Positions 13,395 through 27,861 are shown, counted from the stretch's first letter. The stretch: 64,000 nucleotides of DNA from Octopus vulgaris (GCA_951406725.2 OX597814.1:221774001-221838000); one strand, 5' to 3'. A program made the numbers and translations. Notes: a model not told the origin generated them from the sequence alone.

Positions 13395-15660
13395 TTAGAA
13401 CTATACACTAAGGGACAGAGACAGAATAAGACAGAGGCCCAACAACTCGAGAATATATCCGCATGTGGCCTACGTAAGCTCATGCAGCGCACGATGAACG
13501 GAGAGTTGGTATGCCTTCCCACAGATAAGTCCAGCAGGATGTCAATAGACAGCTTGCCGAACTACATCCAGGCAATGCAACCTCACATAGCGAATAGGAA
13601 AGTAACAACTTTACAGACGCATGAGGAGAGAGAAAAGGTCCTCAACGCCCAGATGATGATGTGGACAATTGTTCTTGGATCCCAGAAATGCACAGCTAAC
13701 AATTTCCAAGCCTGGAACAACGATATCTCGACACTATATGGACTTCGCAAGGACAACAAGTAACCACTGATCCTGTGGCGGGACCACCAACAAGACTAGT
13801 CTGTGGAGCGAATATCGCTAGCAACTACAGAATTTCCTACTTCCTCTCAATGATCATACTCCCCATAATCCGGATGTCACCTGATGTTTGTGACAACACG
13901 GAAGCTCTCCTCAGCAGGATCAACGACTGTAATAACACCTGCGACCTGACAGGATGTATAGTGGGTAGCATGGATGTGGCATCCCTATACCCATCTATCG
14001 ACGTGGATTTTGCAGTAAAGTGCGTGGAGAGGATCAACGAGAGCGAAGTGGAGTTCCACAATGTCAACACAGAAGAACTGGGCCTCCGACTTAGACTGAC
14101 ATATGACAATGAATATCTAGATAAACACGACCTTAGAAGTTTCTGTCCCAGTAGACGTTTAAGAGGTAGATCACCCACAATTACTTCTATGGCTAGGAAA
14201 ACCCCTATAGAGAGATGGAGCGAATGGGCCAAAGCCACACGGACCCCCGCAAATATTTATCAGGTAAAGAAAATGATCGCACATGCACTAGGAGCTAGTA
14301 TATGAGTTACCCTAAAAGGCTACACGTTTAAGTTTAACATCAAAATATACGCCCAGAACGAGGGGGGCAGCCATTGGTGTTAGTATCGTCAGTGATATGG
14401 CCAACCTTTTTCATGGTATGGTGAGACAGAAGGCTTAAGGAACAGAACTCCATACTCGTGAACATGTACTCTCGCTATAGCGATAATATCAACGTAGTGT
14501 AAAGGCACCCCCACAAGCGAGTGCTCTTGAAATAGAAATATAAACTAATACTATGGAGAGCATCCAAGAAATAGCTAAATCCATCCACCAGAGTATTAAG
14601 GTCACGATAGACTGCCCTACTAAAGACCCTAACCATAGACTAGCAGTACTAGATACAGAACTCTGGCTGGAAACTGAGAATAATAAAACCTGAATCATTC
14701 ATTCACACTATACCAAACCTATGGCCTCCAAATACTTGATCCACCGGAACTCAGCTATCGCGGAAAATGCCAAATTGAATATATTGATGGCAGACCTCGT
14801 CAGAGTAATGCGAAATGTGTCCCGCATTTGCGACCCGACAGAGTTAAAGAGACACATATAACTTTTCGTTCACCGCATGAAGTTCTTAGATTACAGCCAT
14901 AAAGAAAGGATCAGAGTATACAAAGGAGCCATGCGAACATTTGAAACTATGATATGTAACGATAGGAATGGGGTTTGCCCACACTGTAGGAGCAAGTCAT
15001 GGAACACCATTGAAAGGACTAAGAAGAAAATAAGGAAGGCCAACTCATGGTATGATAGCTACAAATACCAGAGTGTCATGTTCATCGACACCACCCCTAC
15101 AGGCGAACTGGCGTACCGCTTTAGAAGGGCCGTAGACAAGCTTAAGCTAAGAATTAAGGTCATTGAAAGGCCAAGCAACACTATCAAATTCCTAATCGGT
15201 AAAACCTACCCTTTTAGTAGAACACTCTGTACTGATAGGAACTGTACTATATGTAGATTTAGCCCACAAACGAACTGTAAAGCCAGAAATGTAGTCTATA
15301 GTATAAGATGTACAAGGGGATGATGCAGTAACTACAACGACGTACATAGGGGAACGGCACGGAGCATAGGAGAGCGGGTAAATGTACATTGGAGGGAATT
15401 TAAGGAAGAGAAGAGCTCATCGGTTCTGTACCAGCACGCCGAGCAGAAACACGGGGGCTCACTCAACAACATAGAAGTTAAAATCTTGTCCACACATAGA
15501 ACAGACGCAACGCTTAGAAAAATTACAGAAGCTACACACAGAATAGACAATAAACCCAGCCTGAATAGGAAACTAGAATGGAACACTAGCATACACCACC
15601 AACACACCACAACATGTGACAGAATAAGATCGCCATAAACTGATAACAATATGAACAAAA
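13395..15660 (+). mobile_element. Penelope-like element, decayed RT plus GIY-YIG ORF
   Basis: PTDKS, LYGLRKD, SMDVASLYPSID, decayed RY.DD (SRYSDNI), YTKPMAS, CxxC linker, NVVYSIRC...TYIGE.ARSIGER; many stops and frameshifts. Confidence 0.9.
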
Positions 15661-16329
15661 TACACAGATAAGCAAATGGAAATATATAACTAAATACGTT
15701 AACAAAATTAAATTAAATTAAATACAAGAAAAGAAAGAATAGAAAAAATAAGTATGTATAAACACATGAATAAAATCAATAAAAAGAAATTAAACGAAAG
15801 TGTATAAACAGGGGATACAGATAATACATGCACTCCCCCCACATACACACGCATTCACTAAACATAGACACACAAAGGGGTATACGCATGCGCAAATAAA
15901 GACATACAATAGGAATACAAAATACAAAATGGCAGAAATACGATTAATGTAAAAAATAAAATAAAGCTGAAGCAAATTAATATCAAATATATAATGTGTT
16001 TGTTTTTATTGACTAAACTGGCAACATGACCATCCCCAAATACAACAATAATGAATATATATACTTATTGAAAATACAATGCCCCCAGTTATATAAAAAA
16101 TATCCCTTGATGAAAACCATATTTAACTCAATGAAATACGTACACACTTTGCAGCACGTGAAAAAGAATTATCAAAAATATTGCTCTGTTTGTTATATCA
16201 CATATTTATATTCATAAAAAAAGCGGACAATGTATGTAAGTCTCGCATTCATAAGACATCTAATTTTTCCCTATAATTACTCAATGGTACTACTAAAGTT
16301 AATAACTATCCTATACATCGTCTAAAATT

Positions 16330-17300
16330 TGGAAGAATTTTCGTAGTAGCTTTAAAGCACAATTTATTTCATCAAGGCTTTTGAATAAATCAATAAATCT
16401 CCGTTTCTAATTTTGGTTTTGGAGAAGCCTGTTCCTCACTATCTCAACTAGACACTTTCTGACTTCTTAAGGCCTTTCAAAGCGAATGTCTCCTTAAAGC
16501 AGATAATAATTCTTAATTATCACCTGTTTAAAATTCTTGAAATACCACTTCTGTTATTTGTACAAGACGATTTCTGACTGAGACAATTTCATACTAAGCC
16601 TATAAGTTTCTTTAACAACATTTGGACAGAATTTTTTCCAAACTGCAATAAGGCAAGTATGTTTGATTCCTTTGCATGTGATTTCAATATGTTTGCATGC
16701 AATTCTTCAAGAATTATTTAAATGACTCATATTTAATATTACTTGCTGTGATAAGCTCATTTAAAGTTCTTGTAAAGTAATATGCCATGAAAACGGAAAT
16801 ACCTTCCGGGTTCATTGGCTGTTGATGAAATTGTGCTTGGTAGATTGAAAACGACTTCAAAAGGTATACATATTTGTAATGAATTTCAAGGATGACGAAG
16901 GGAGTTGAGTTGTCTAAAAGCAGAAATACCTTACCCTTGAAATTAATCACCATACAGTAGTATTTAACACTTGGGCAAATTTTTCATGGAATCGTTCAAT
17001 AAACAAATCCTCTTTAACCCAAATTTTTCCGTTAGATTTTCACAACTCAGGCAGCCTAGATTTTGAGTTGATTTTTCATGCTGTATGTGTATCTGCTTGA
17101 TAGACAAGAAACTGCTTAGGTTTCAGGTCATCGTTTATATTTGTACCTAACAAGAATGGAAGACGATATTTTCATGCATTGTATAATAACATTTTCTGCA
17201 TGTAATATAACTGTTTAGAAGGTAAATGCTTCCAAATCATCTCAATTAGTCAGTAATAATAATTAAATTCAGTTGATATTCCCGTCTCACAAGATTCATC
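16330..17300 (-). mobile_element. Tigger/pogo-type DDE transposase remnant
   Basis: KVFLLLDNSTP and QPMNPEGISVFMAYY resemble the LLLLDNAPGH and QPMDQGVI..FKAYY motifs. Confidence 0.7.
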
Positions 17301-17879
17301 TATAGTATTGGAAATCCCAAATGCAGTCTATATATTACCAGGAACGGACTCGTTTGTTATCCAATCACCTTGGACACTAAATAGGATTTTGCACATTTAA
17401 AACAATTTTTGAGAAGCGGAAAAAAAATCGTTTGAGGGACATCATTTCGGATTTTTATCAACGCATAAAGTATATTTAACAAAAACAGATGAAAAATTAC
17501 TTGGGAGAGAAAATATGACATAGTAAGTACACAAGAGTGGAATTTTTTAAATCCATATTTTACTTTATATGTGCGTGAGTCATTGCTTGAATTTGACATG
17601 GCTTTGACATGAATTTCTCATATTAACTTCAACTTTCAAAATTACGAGATCACTCTGATATGAAACGATATATGGAAGGTCCACGACAAGGTACAATGAA
17701 TACCATTCATAGGGTTACGAATATGCCTCATGTATATTTGAGCAGGTAGACAATTTTTCATTCATACACATCACTACTTAGCGCTGTCACCCCAGATTCT
17801 CCCCACCCCACACATACCCTCATATATAACACACATATATATACATATACATATCAAATATAAATATACATACATACAT

Positions 17880-18140
17880 GTGGAGTCGCGTGACTTAGTT
17901 GTTAGGATGTTGGCCTCGTGATTGTAAATATGCAGTTTCGATTCTTGAACCGGAGTGATGCATTTCTATTCTTGAACAAAATACGTTAATTTGCCTTGCT
18001 CCGATCCTGTCACCAGGCAAAACTAGTAGTCCTGCAACTTTACTGGATTACCCATTTTTGAGAGAACATGATATATACTCCACAGAATCTGGTGAACCGA
18101 CCCTATGAACCCATGGCTGGAATAACCTTTGATCTTAGAC
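17880..18140 (+). mobile_element. Degenerate tRNA-derived CORE-type SINE
   Basis: TGACTTAGTTGTTAGG, GTTTCGATTC, TTCTTGAACAAAATACGTTAATTT; similar to 29357. Confidence 0.65.
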
Positions 18141-18144
18141 ATCA

Positions 18145-18210
<66 letters not shown>

Positions 18211-19959
18211 ATATAGTCAATTTGAAGATGTAATTTCCTCTTTAGGGATTATAAAATCCAGAGATCAACTGATGTTATCGATGATATATTGCGAGATTTT
18301 TCACAATATATAGGGATAAACAGTCTAATTTATAGTCTAATTTATATATAATAAAACGGAGAAAAAATATATAGTGGATACTCATTTTATTTGTATCATG
18401 ATAAAAACATAACAACCATTTAATACAAGTAAAATTAAAAGGAACATGAATTAACGGAAAAAAGCAAAAATAAAAATGTACCTACACGTGTCAATCTGGT
18501 CTGTTTCAGATCCACAGGGTCTAAGATTCTAGATGTAAAAAAGAGAAAAAACGCAATATTACCAGATATCATCAGGGATGCTTTGTACAAAAAGCTATTG
18601 CTTACATATTTTTTCAAAGGATTTGAAATTGGTGGTAAAAAAAAAAAACGTACTGAATAAGATAGATGAGAACGGCGTATTCATATATCCAAGTAATGTA
18701 AACATTAAGTTGTTAGAAAAGATGAGACGTCAAATGGGGTAGTAGGGGGAGGTATTAGCTAATCAAATCATGCTAAAAATAACTATGATGGATTTGAAAA
18801 ATAGACGGTTGTAGGTATTGGGGACTTTATGTAATCATTTAATAAGGGTATAGACGGTTAGGGTTGTGAGGAACATTATGTAATTAGGGTAAGATATTGT
18901 GAAGACGTTAAGTAAATAGAATGAATTAAAGAGAAGAGTGAAACGTAAGAAATAATATAGAGAGAATAAATTTTATCTAGAGGAAAAAATTAACGAAATG
19001 GGAATAAAATAGAGGGATATTATTTAAGTGACTGAAACTAGAAAAGCCATAACTTATTTAGGATATAAAGTATAAGAAATATAAAGAAACAAAAATTGGT
19101 TATAATATTTTAAAGTAATGGTAAAGAAAACCGAGGCAATATTGTATACTAAAGTAGGGATTTTAGAATGGTCCACTCATAAACAGATTTTTATCCTTAT
19201 TGGTTAAGATCAATATATGGTGAAGGGCATATATGTTAAATAAAATTTTAAGATGCTAATTCTACATCCGATTAGGAGAGAAATTTATCGTTTAGAAAAC
19301 AAAGTTATTTTATTCCACCCGGGTAGAAATACAGGAAAAATAGAAGTTGAAAATGCATTGAGAGTATTTCTTCTATTATAATATTTAACGATTTAATCGG
19401 TTTCACAGTTTACACTGATTTTCAAAAAATTGAAATAGAACGACGTGACTTATGTTGCAGCTGTCTTCCTTCGGACTAGTGTTTGAAGCTTGACCTATTT
19501 TCATAGGTATTTCATGGTTCAAATTAGTATATATTTTGAATAAGACTTGATTGGTGTAGGATAGTCGCATGACTGGTCTTAGAAATGTTTTTAGGTTCCC
19601 CGCTACGTCCATGAGTTAGTATCAAGTGACGATGTTTGGCACCGTAAATTAAGGCTGACACGGTTGACTCAGCATGTCCAGTGACAGTAACAAACAATCA
19701 ATGCTCTGAATGTTTTCTGTCAAGTGTTTGTAGAAAATGAACACGTGATGAAGTTTCGAATCTTTTGTACGTCTCCCGCTTCGTCCGTGCGGTAGTGTCA
19801 CGTGAGAGTATGTTTTGCGCCTAAAATGAAGGCCAACACGGTTGAGTGAACATATTATTTACAATCAAGGCACACTAAATTTAATCTGTCAGGTGGGAGA
19901 GTCGACAGGAGTCGTTTGTATGTAGTCCAGTGGGTAAAGTTTAGATTGTTAGTTGTGCA

Positions 19960-20903
19960 GGTTCCTCATATTAATTGGCAGAAATAGTTTTGCGTGTGAA
20001 TATCTATTTGTGTATGTACTTTCTTACAGTTTGTTGAATCTTGGTTTGTACTTTTGTATGAAAGTATTTCGCTGTTTATCTGCGTTTCGTCTGTGGTATT
20101 CACTGAAGATAGGTAGAGTGGAAAGACCTGGAACTTAGGGGATTTATCTTTTTTGCACATATGTCTATGTGTCCACACAGTGGAATCTGCGTAGTATTGG
20201 GGTCTAATAATTGTTGTCTGTGAATTGTCAATCTCTTTCTTAGGATAAGCTTTGTTTGAGCTATGTATTCTTCATTACATCCTTGACATTTGATTGCATA
20301 TATTAAATTCCTTGAAAAACATGGACAATGATGTTTTTACGGTAAAAATCTATCCTGATTTGAAATTGTATGTTATGTTTTCAATAAGATTGATGCAAAT
20401 TTCGCAATTGGGGCGGCCGCAGTTTTTTACTGTTGGCGTAGGAATTGTGGAAGGTAATTTAGCGTTGGTGCGGAATTTTTTGAGAGACTTTAATTGACTT
20501 TTACTTTTGATTATTTTGTGTATTTCAAATGCTTGTTCCATTCTTGGATCCTGTTTTAGTAGTGAGATGTTCTGGTGGATAATATTGTAAACCTCTGTGT
20601 TCCTTGGGTTATATGTTCTAATAAAGGGTAGAGTATTGGATGTATCTGGAGCGTTTATCATTTTTGTAGTTCTTGGCACGTTCTATTCTATTGTCTATTA
20701 ACATTAATGGATATCATCTTTTAAGTAGTAGTTGTATTAGTTCCTGGAATCTTTTATTGCGAGCTTCAGGATTTGAGACAATTGTGCAGATTCCTCTTCA
20801 AATATTAAATGAAATATTATTATTCTTTATGAGACCTCATAATTAGGCAAATTCCATTGAGTGGACACATAGACATATGTACAAAACAGATAAATCCTCT
20901 AAG
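19960..20903 (-). mobile_element. Penelope-like element fragment (thumb, linker, GIY-YIG) with inverted 5' segment
   Basis: ICTIVSNP..., LPFIRTYNPRN, CGRPNCEIC, YIAQT...R..IH; 20826-20903 is an inverted copy of about 20134-20210. Confidence 0.8.
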
Positions 20904-21132
20904 GCGGCGAGCTGGTGGAAACATTAGCACGCCGGATGAAAAGCTTAGCGATATTTCGACTGCCGTTACGTTCTGAATTCAAATTCCGTTAGTCGACTTT
21001 GCTTTTCATCCTTTCGGGGTCGATAAATTAAGTACCAGTTACGCACTGTGGTCGCTGTATTCGACCTAATCTCCGTGTCTGTCTTTGTTTGTCCTCTCTA
21101 TGTTTAGCCCCTTGTGGGCAATAAAGAAATAG
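20900..21132 (+). mobile_element. SINE family 3 (Meta/Sauria-like central domain)
   Basis: AAGGCGGCGAGCTGG head and GTCGACTTTGCTTTTCATCCTTTCGGGGTCGATAAATTAAGTACCAG; domain name is from recall. Confidence 0.75.
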
Positions 21133-21564
21133 GAATATTTTTCTGCGTGTGTTTGGGATTGCATGGAGAGAACAGTAGGTGTTGCTTAGAATCTGTTCGT
21201 TTGTAGTGACTGTCTGCTTTAATGTGTTTTATCTCTATTGGCGATTAGTATATTCGATATCGCCCAAAGACGTGACTCCATGAAGATAATCTGCCCCATG
21301 CCCACAGATACGACAGACTACACTGTAGTCATCCTAGGGTACGGACTAGGATCTTCAGGGATACGTGATTTGTGGAAACGCGCGTCGCGCTACATTAAAG
21401 TATTTATAAATTCCATTGCTATTATTACTATATTTACTCTACATTCTATCGGTACAGCTCGATGCAATCGCAAAAAACTGGTTCACCAGTCAGCATCATT
21501 TGACTGTATCCGGCATAGGAGCTTTAGTTGCATGTTCAAAACTACTCTCGTTACCAAATTAAAA

Positions 21565-21641
<77 letters not shown>

Positions 21642-21688
21642 CATATCTATCTTTCTATCTTTCTATCTATCTATCTATCTATCTATCC

Positions 21689-21719
<31 letters not shown>

Positions 21720-22035
21720 CATCTATGTATCTATATATCTATCTATCTATCTATCTATCTATCATCTATCTATCTGCACAGATGCACACACACATACATT
21801 AACGCACGTATATTCGTTGTTATGTATGTGTGTATGTATAAATTTTATGTGGAAATATACAGCCATAATAACACGCATAAATATATATATGTACAAAATT
21901 ACACAGCACGTATACATCCACAAATTTATATACAAATATTTGCAAATACGTATATTAGAATATATGAATAGGAACACAGTTGCATACAGCCATATGGATA
22001 GATAGACAGGCATAGATATGTCTGTCTATCCATCC

Positions 22036-22100
<65 letters not shown>

Positions 22101-22111
22101 CACATTCGTTT

Positions 22112-22522
22112 TCTTTTATTCTTTTACTTGTTTCAGTCATTTGACTGCGGCCATGCTGGAGCACCGCCTTCAGTCGAGAAAATCGACCCCAGGACGTATT
22201 CTTTGTAAGCCTAGTACTTATTCTATCGGTCTATTTTGCCGAACTGCTAAGTTACGGGGACATAAACACACCGGCATCGGTTGTCGAGCGATGTTGGGGG
22301 GACAAACACAGACACACAAACATATACACCCACATACATATAAATATATACAAATATACGACGGGCTTCTTTCCGTTTCCGTCTACCAAATTCACTCACA
22401 TGGCTTTGGTCGGCCCGAAGCTATAGTAGAAGACACTTGCTCAAAGTACCACGCAGTGGGACTGAACCCGGAACCATGTGCTTGGTAAGCAAGCTACTTA
22501 CCACACAGCCATTCCTGCGCCT
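22112..22522 (-). mobile_element. SINE family 1, full length
   Basis: Reverse complement of 51605-52001 at high similarity. Confidence 0.9.
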
Positions 22523-23709
22523 ATGTTTATCTATCTATAAGATATACGCATACATATGTGTGTGGGAGGTGTATGTGTGTGTGTGTGTGTTTGGATGAAC
22601 CCTATTTTAAAATTTATTCACGTATGTATACAATCTCATAACTCATAGCATTACGTAGGCCAGAATATGATCCTACTTATTGCTGTCTGTATGTGTACAT
22701 ATATGTAAATATATATAGACGTTCCTATATAGAGAGACACGTTCATGCATTGTTATTTCCACATCTGAACGTATATTGTTACACACAAATACATAAGGAA
22801 AATCATACAAACTAATGCATTAACACACACCGGCAGGTTGGACCTTGTAAACAAGGGTCTGTCTTTTTAATGATTTACATGCGAACAGTTTTGTTTCGCT
22901 GCCGAATGATTTAAACAAATAATAGTCTACACGTCGTGAGGAAGTGTTTAAATGGTTACTGGTTTACTGTCATATAACGTCATCCTCCTAGGAAGAATAT
23001 ACTATATCTTTGGCAGTTTTACTTTTGGTGGGTAAATTAATAGCCTAAACAGTAAATAAAATTTCAATGCCTCATATCTGCAGAATAGATCTTTCGGAGA
23101 ATTATTGACGTTTGGTGTCATGTTTTACCGAAGTATTTTTATGCTTTAGCTCCTATGTATGTTCCACGAATGCCAAAACAAAGTTGGCTTTGCCAATACC
23201 TCTCAAAATGTATGCATCTTGTTTTCATATCTCATATATTATTTGATAAGCGCGTGTAATTTATTTTATCTAGCTTTCACAACATGTGGCTGTGATTGTT
23301 GTAGTTCATCTTAAAGGAATTAGTAGCCAAACCAATGTTTGTTTTGAATGAATTCGGGAAATAAACGGAGCATTTGTGAAGTATACATTTTTTTCTGGTA
23401 AGTGGAATTCACTGGTCATGTATTCGAGTTGTTACAGTTTTCAATTCATGTCGAGTATTTGCTTAATTCAATATGAAAAATACTACAACAACTTAGAAGC
23501 GTGATGGGTTGAGAGGACTTAAGAATGAGAGAGTAAGAAAGTTGCATTTCTGTTTAAAATCTATTAACGTCTATCTTGTGGTGTGAAGTTTTCCATTATT
23601 AGCTTAAAAAGGAATTTTGAAGAGTCACTAATGTGATTTAAAGCAAGTAATATTTCTAGTCGTATTCATATTTAAAATATTGACATTAGCTAGGCAAGTT
23701 AGTTATTCA

Positions 23710-23772
<63 letters not shown>

Positions 23773-23981
23773 CATGAATGCCTGCATCTAGTAGGTGTAT
23801 GGATATGGATATATTGTATAAATTATATATGCCTACGTGTGTACGGACACATATGAGATTGCGTGAGTGTACTTGTATTTATATATACATATGCCTGTTC
23901 GTTTTAATACGAACATGTTTTTGTGCATATGCGTGTGTATGTGTGCATATGAGTGTGTATGTGTGTTAGAGTTTGTGTAAA

Positions 23982-24844
23982 CAGGCTGTTCGGGATAAAT
24001 TCGACAGTTTGCATAAAAGATTAAAGAAAACACAATATGCGGAACAAGGGTAAATGTATTTTTTAAAATCGAAGAAAAAAACTATCATCTAAATTATGGC
24101 TGGGAGATAACAGTTTACTCAAAGCAGCGGCCCTCAGCTTCCACCACGGTCTCGAAACAACTTCGGAACCTGGCGCATGCACTCCTCTCTCTCTCTTTCT
24201 CTCTCTCTTTATGGGAAGATCTTCAAATACCTCATTATTCTTGGCTAATAGCTCGGCTTTGGTGTTACAGGCAGAGCGGTCTATCTCAACCGTACCCCAC
24301 AGAGAGTAATCCATGGTAATACAATCTGGAGAATTAGAAGTCCAGATATTGGGGCTGGTCGGAGAAATAATCCGACAACACTTCTGAGACATATGGGTTT
24401 CAAGGAGCAACCCGCTGTAACTAGGGTTTGACCGCAGTCTACATCAGCTTTACATAGGCATCTCAAATGAACCTAAGGCTCTGTTCATCAGTTACTGGAT
24501 GAAATACTGCTTGCAAAAGCGATCAGAACGTCTGTTGTGTTCCGTTCTGCTGGCCACGACTTTGTAGTCTCCATTGAAGCTGTCCGCATCACGTCTTACA
24601 GCCTTTATAGTGTAGACGGAGCATTGGACAGCAGTCCTGACATCGGAATTTTGTTGAGGGTGCGAATCATTATAATACGAATAACTTTTTTCCAATATAC
24701 AGAGGTTTCAATTCTCCCGTTTTAGGAAACTGTATTCCAACTACTACTTTAATATTCCTGCTCTCCAACGCTTTTGACCCTTCCTCAACATATCAAGCAG
24801 TACCTGAGCAAAGAGACCTAAATTGTAACCAAGTTTAGCCCGAA

Positions 24845-24848
<4 letters not shown>
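23982..24848 (-). mobile_element. Internally deleted Tc1/mariner element
   Basis: Imperfect TIRs (TGTTCGGGATAAA / TTTAGCCCGAACA); WTSNSPDCITMDYSLWG resembles WPPNSPDxNPxD..WG. Confidence 0.8.
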
Positions 24849-24886
<38 letters not shown>

Positions 24887-25437
24887 GCCTGCTCGCTTAG
24901 CCAGTGGGGTGGCGTCATTCGAAGGCTAAAACAATGCGAACGCATTGTGACCAGCGATGTGTAACTACATCTGATAGACTGGTCGGTCACGTGATCACGT
25001 GATATATATATGTATATACACGCACACACACATACACACACACTCAAACACACACACACACGCAAACACACACAAACACACTCACACACACACACACAAT
25101 TGCACATGTATATGCGGGAAATCTTTGTAGATACTTCAGGAAAGATATTCATTTAAGTATTCTTGGCTAACCGTTCACTTTGGGGAATTAAAATTATTAT
25201 TTTTTTTTTTTACTTTTCAATAATTACTGATTCACATATTTTTTCTCCGTCTATTTATATTAATTAAATGTATATTTGCATTTGCTATCTTCATTTCTAA
25301 TTAGATTGAGCAAAATAACATCGAATCAGATGAAGCTACATAAGTATATTTTTTTCTAATTTTGCCGTGAACGTTAAAAGAGCTAATCTAGAATTTTACA
25401 CATACACACGTCCACGCATGTGTTTGTGTATATATAA

Positions 25438-25516
<79 letters not shown>

Positions 25517-25734
25517 CGTGTGTGTGTGTGTCTGTGTGCATATGTTTGTATATATACAAACGCATACATGCAACACACACATATATACGTGTATCTGTAC
25601 ATACTCAGAAGCATGTATGTATATATGTATGTAAGTATATATGCGTGTATATGTATGTATATATATATATATGCGTGTGTGTATACATACATAGATGCGT
25701 ATATATATATATATATATATATACATATATATAT

Positions 25735-25945
25735 TCTCTTAGTTGTTTCAGTCATTTGACTGCGGCCATGTTGGAAAACTACCTTTTTTAGTTGAAGAAA
25801 TCGACCATAGGACTTATTCTTTGTAAGTCTGGTATTTATTCTATCGGGCTCTTTGGCGACCTGCTAAGTTATGAAGACTTTAACACACAAACAACAGTTT
25901 TTAAGCGATGGTGGCGGAGGACAACACAGACACAGAGACACACAC
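25735..25945 (-). mobile_element. SINE family 1, 3' half
   Basis: TTGTTTCAGTCATTTGACTGCGGCCATG shared with the 22.1-kb copy. Confidence 0.8.
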
Positions 25946-25967
25946 ATGAATTCATACATATATGTAG

Positions 25968-26033
<66 letters not shown>

Positions 26034-26039
26034 ATATAT

Positions 26040-26818
26040 GAAATTAAAAAAGGAAAATACGCACTCTTACATAGTTTGAATATAATTTTTAATATATCGA
26101 CCGGTTTCGCTATCGCTATTCATGATATTATGCTTTACTTATTTGAATATATATTTTTTTCTTAAGAAGAAAATTGGTCCATTTTGTGTGTGATGAAATT
26201 CACGAGTGAATGACTTCACAAGTAAATAAATAAAGGGAGGTAATTGGTTGTCGCTATTATTGTTATTGTTGTGGGTAAGGGAGATAACTGTTCAGCTTTC
26301 GGTAATAGGTGGGGATTATATATGTGTACAGTCAGCGACAAGTTTCAAAAACCTTGTTTAGTAGGGGATTTATGTACAGTGATGTAATCGTGAATTGAAA
26401 TATGTAAAAAGATAAAAGTTGGTTATGCGTGCATATTAAGGCGTGTTTTGTATTTTTCAATGAAAAAAGATTCTTTATTTAAGCGTTCTAGTTGAGAGAT
26501 TGCGTCTTTGCCCTGGTAGAAAGAGAAGACTGTGAAATTTGGTTTGATCTCACCTGCACATTTTTCTGTATGTTCACTGAGAGGAATTTGTCTGTATTGC
26601 GGGAAACGGATTTGCTCCTTATGTAGAGTGGTTCTGTTTTTCAAGGTCATACTCGTTTGTCCAATATAGTGGTGTCCGCTACCCGAGCAGGTTATTACAT
26701 GAATTAGGTTCTCAGAGGCACAAGTGAAACTAGTTTTAATTGTGAACCTCTGTCCTTGTTTGAAAAGGAAAACCGAGCCTTGATGTAGGTTGGGGCAGGT
26801 TCCACAGTTTGGGCATCC
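26040..26818 (-). mobile_element. PLE 3' fragment: GIY-YIG endonuclease plus 3' region with decayed minimal hammerhead (26094-26128)
   Basis: CPNCGTC...NLIHVITC...YIGQTSMTLKNRTTLH...E..FI...LN; minus-strand ATATC-ATGAATA-GC GATA GC-GAAA-CCGG-TC-GATAT. Confidence 0.85.
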
Positions 26819-27790
26819 AATAGTAGCAGCAACAGAGACGCGAATAGAACCAGCGGCAGCATCAGGGATAACAGCAATAACAACATCAACGGCAACAATG
26901 GAATTATCCCTAACGGCAGCAGCAACATCCGCAGCTTCCCCAACGGCTACTACTGTAGCAGGCTTGACAGTTCCAAGAGTAGCAGCAGCGGAGACAGGCG
27001 CAGAACCAGCGGCAGCACCATCGCCAGCGATAACAACAATAACAACAACGGCAGCAATGGTAGTATCCCTAACGGAAATTGCAGCGGAACCATCGCTATT
27101 GATACCTATAACAGCAGTGACAGCACGTCCATTAACGACGATGGCCATAACAACAACAGCACCTTTACCAATACCAGTAGTAAGGGCACCAACACCATCG
27201 CCACCTCCAATGACACCAACACCAATAGACGCAGCGCTGCCAACACCCGACCACAGAGATACATCAGTTGCGCTGGTAACACATTCAAACAACGCCTCTC
27301 CAGCCACAGATCCTCCTTCAGGATGCCGGAAAGGAGATTCGTTACATCACTAGCCAGTCATGTATGACAGCTGAAATACGACGGGATTCCATACACAATA
27401 GTATGGAGAAGTCTAGAAAATCCAGGCCTCTACATAAACGAGACCAAGCGTTGTAAACTATGCATAGCAGAGCGGGCGAGGATTTTAAAGAACTCCCTCG
27501 ACCGGAGAACATTCTTAACTCCAGAACAGAGGTCTTCGCACCCTGCATGTATTTCAGGAAATTCCTGGTGCCCTATTGAAACCTGCAAGATAATAGGGTT
27601 ACTTGCGATTGATAACCAAAGGGAGACAATCCCCTGTTGTTGTCCTTTCTTCATTCTCGAGAGGCCGCGCGCTAGATGGGTGTTAAGCCAACAGGTTTTA
27701 GGATCTAATGATATGCTGTAAAGCTAAGCGCTTTAGGGACGTGAAACCCAGGGTAATCCCAGAGACCGGCCTTATCTAACTTTATTCACA
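26819..27790 (+). mobile_element. PLE 3' fragment of another clade (Naiad-like C-terminus) with Asn/Ser-rich expansion
   Basis: Frame starting 26822 reads N/S-rich, then YISCAGNTFKQRLSSHRSSF...SLASHV*QLK...IVW...KRCKLCIAE, then after a frameshift LNSRTEVFAPC; not in the ORF track. Confidence 0.8.
27701..27759 (+). ncRNA. Type I hammerhead motif (G5>A, probably inactive)
   Basis: GGAT-CTAATGA-stem II (TAAAGC/GCTTTA)-GAAA-CCCAGGG-TA-ATCC, 3' of the PLE ORF. Confidence 0.7.
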
Positions 27791-27861
27791 TTATATATAT
27801 ATATGTGTGTGTGTGTGTGTGAATATATATATATATATAAATATAAATATATACAATATAT

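Noticed and set aside
15300-15345. In-frame TGA near Cys as possible selenocysteine, as reported for some PLEs
   Set aside because: Better explained by a frameshift before TYIGE; the TGA at about 27365 replaces a conserved Trp; no SECIS identified.
18480-18520. Minus-strand hammerhead trace
   Set aside because: Both core strands are mutated (CTGTGGA, GACA); too weak to list as a feature.
26790-27353. 187-aa Ala/Thr-rich mucin-like ORF
   Set aside because: Alternative frame of the PLE low-complexity segment; the neighbouring frame carries the nuclease motifs.
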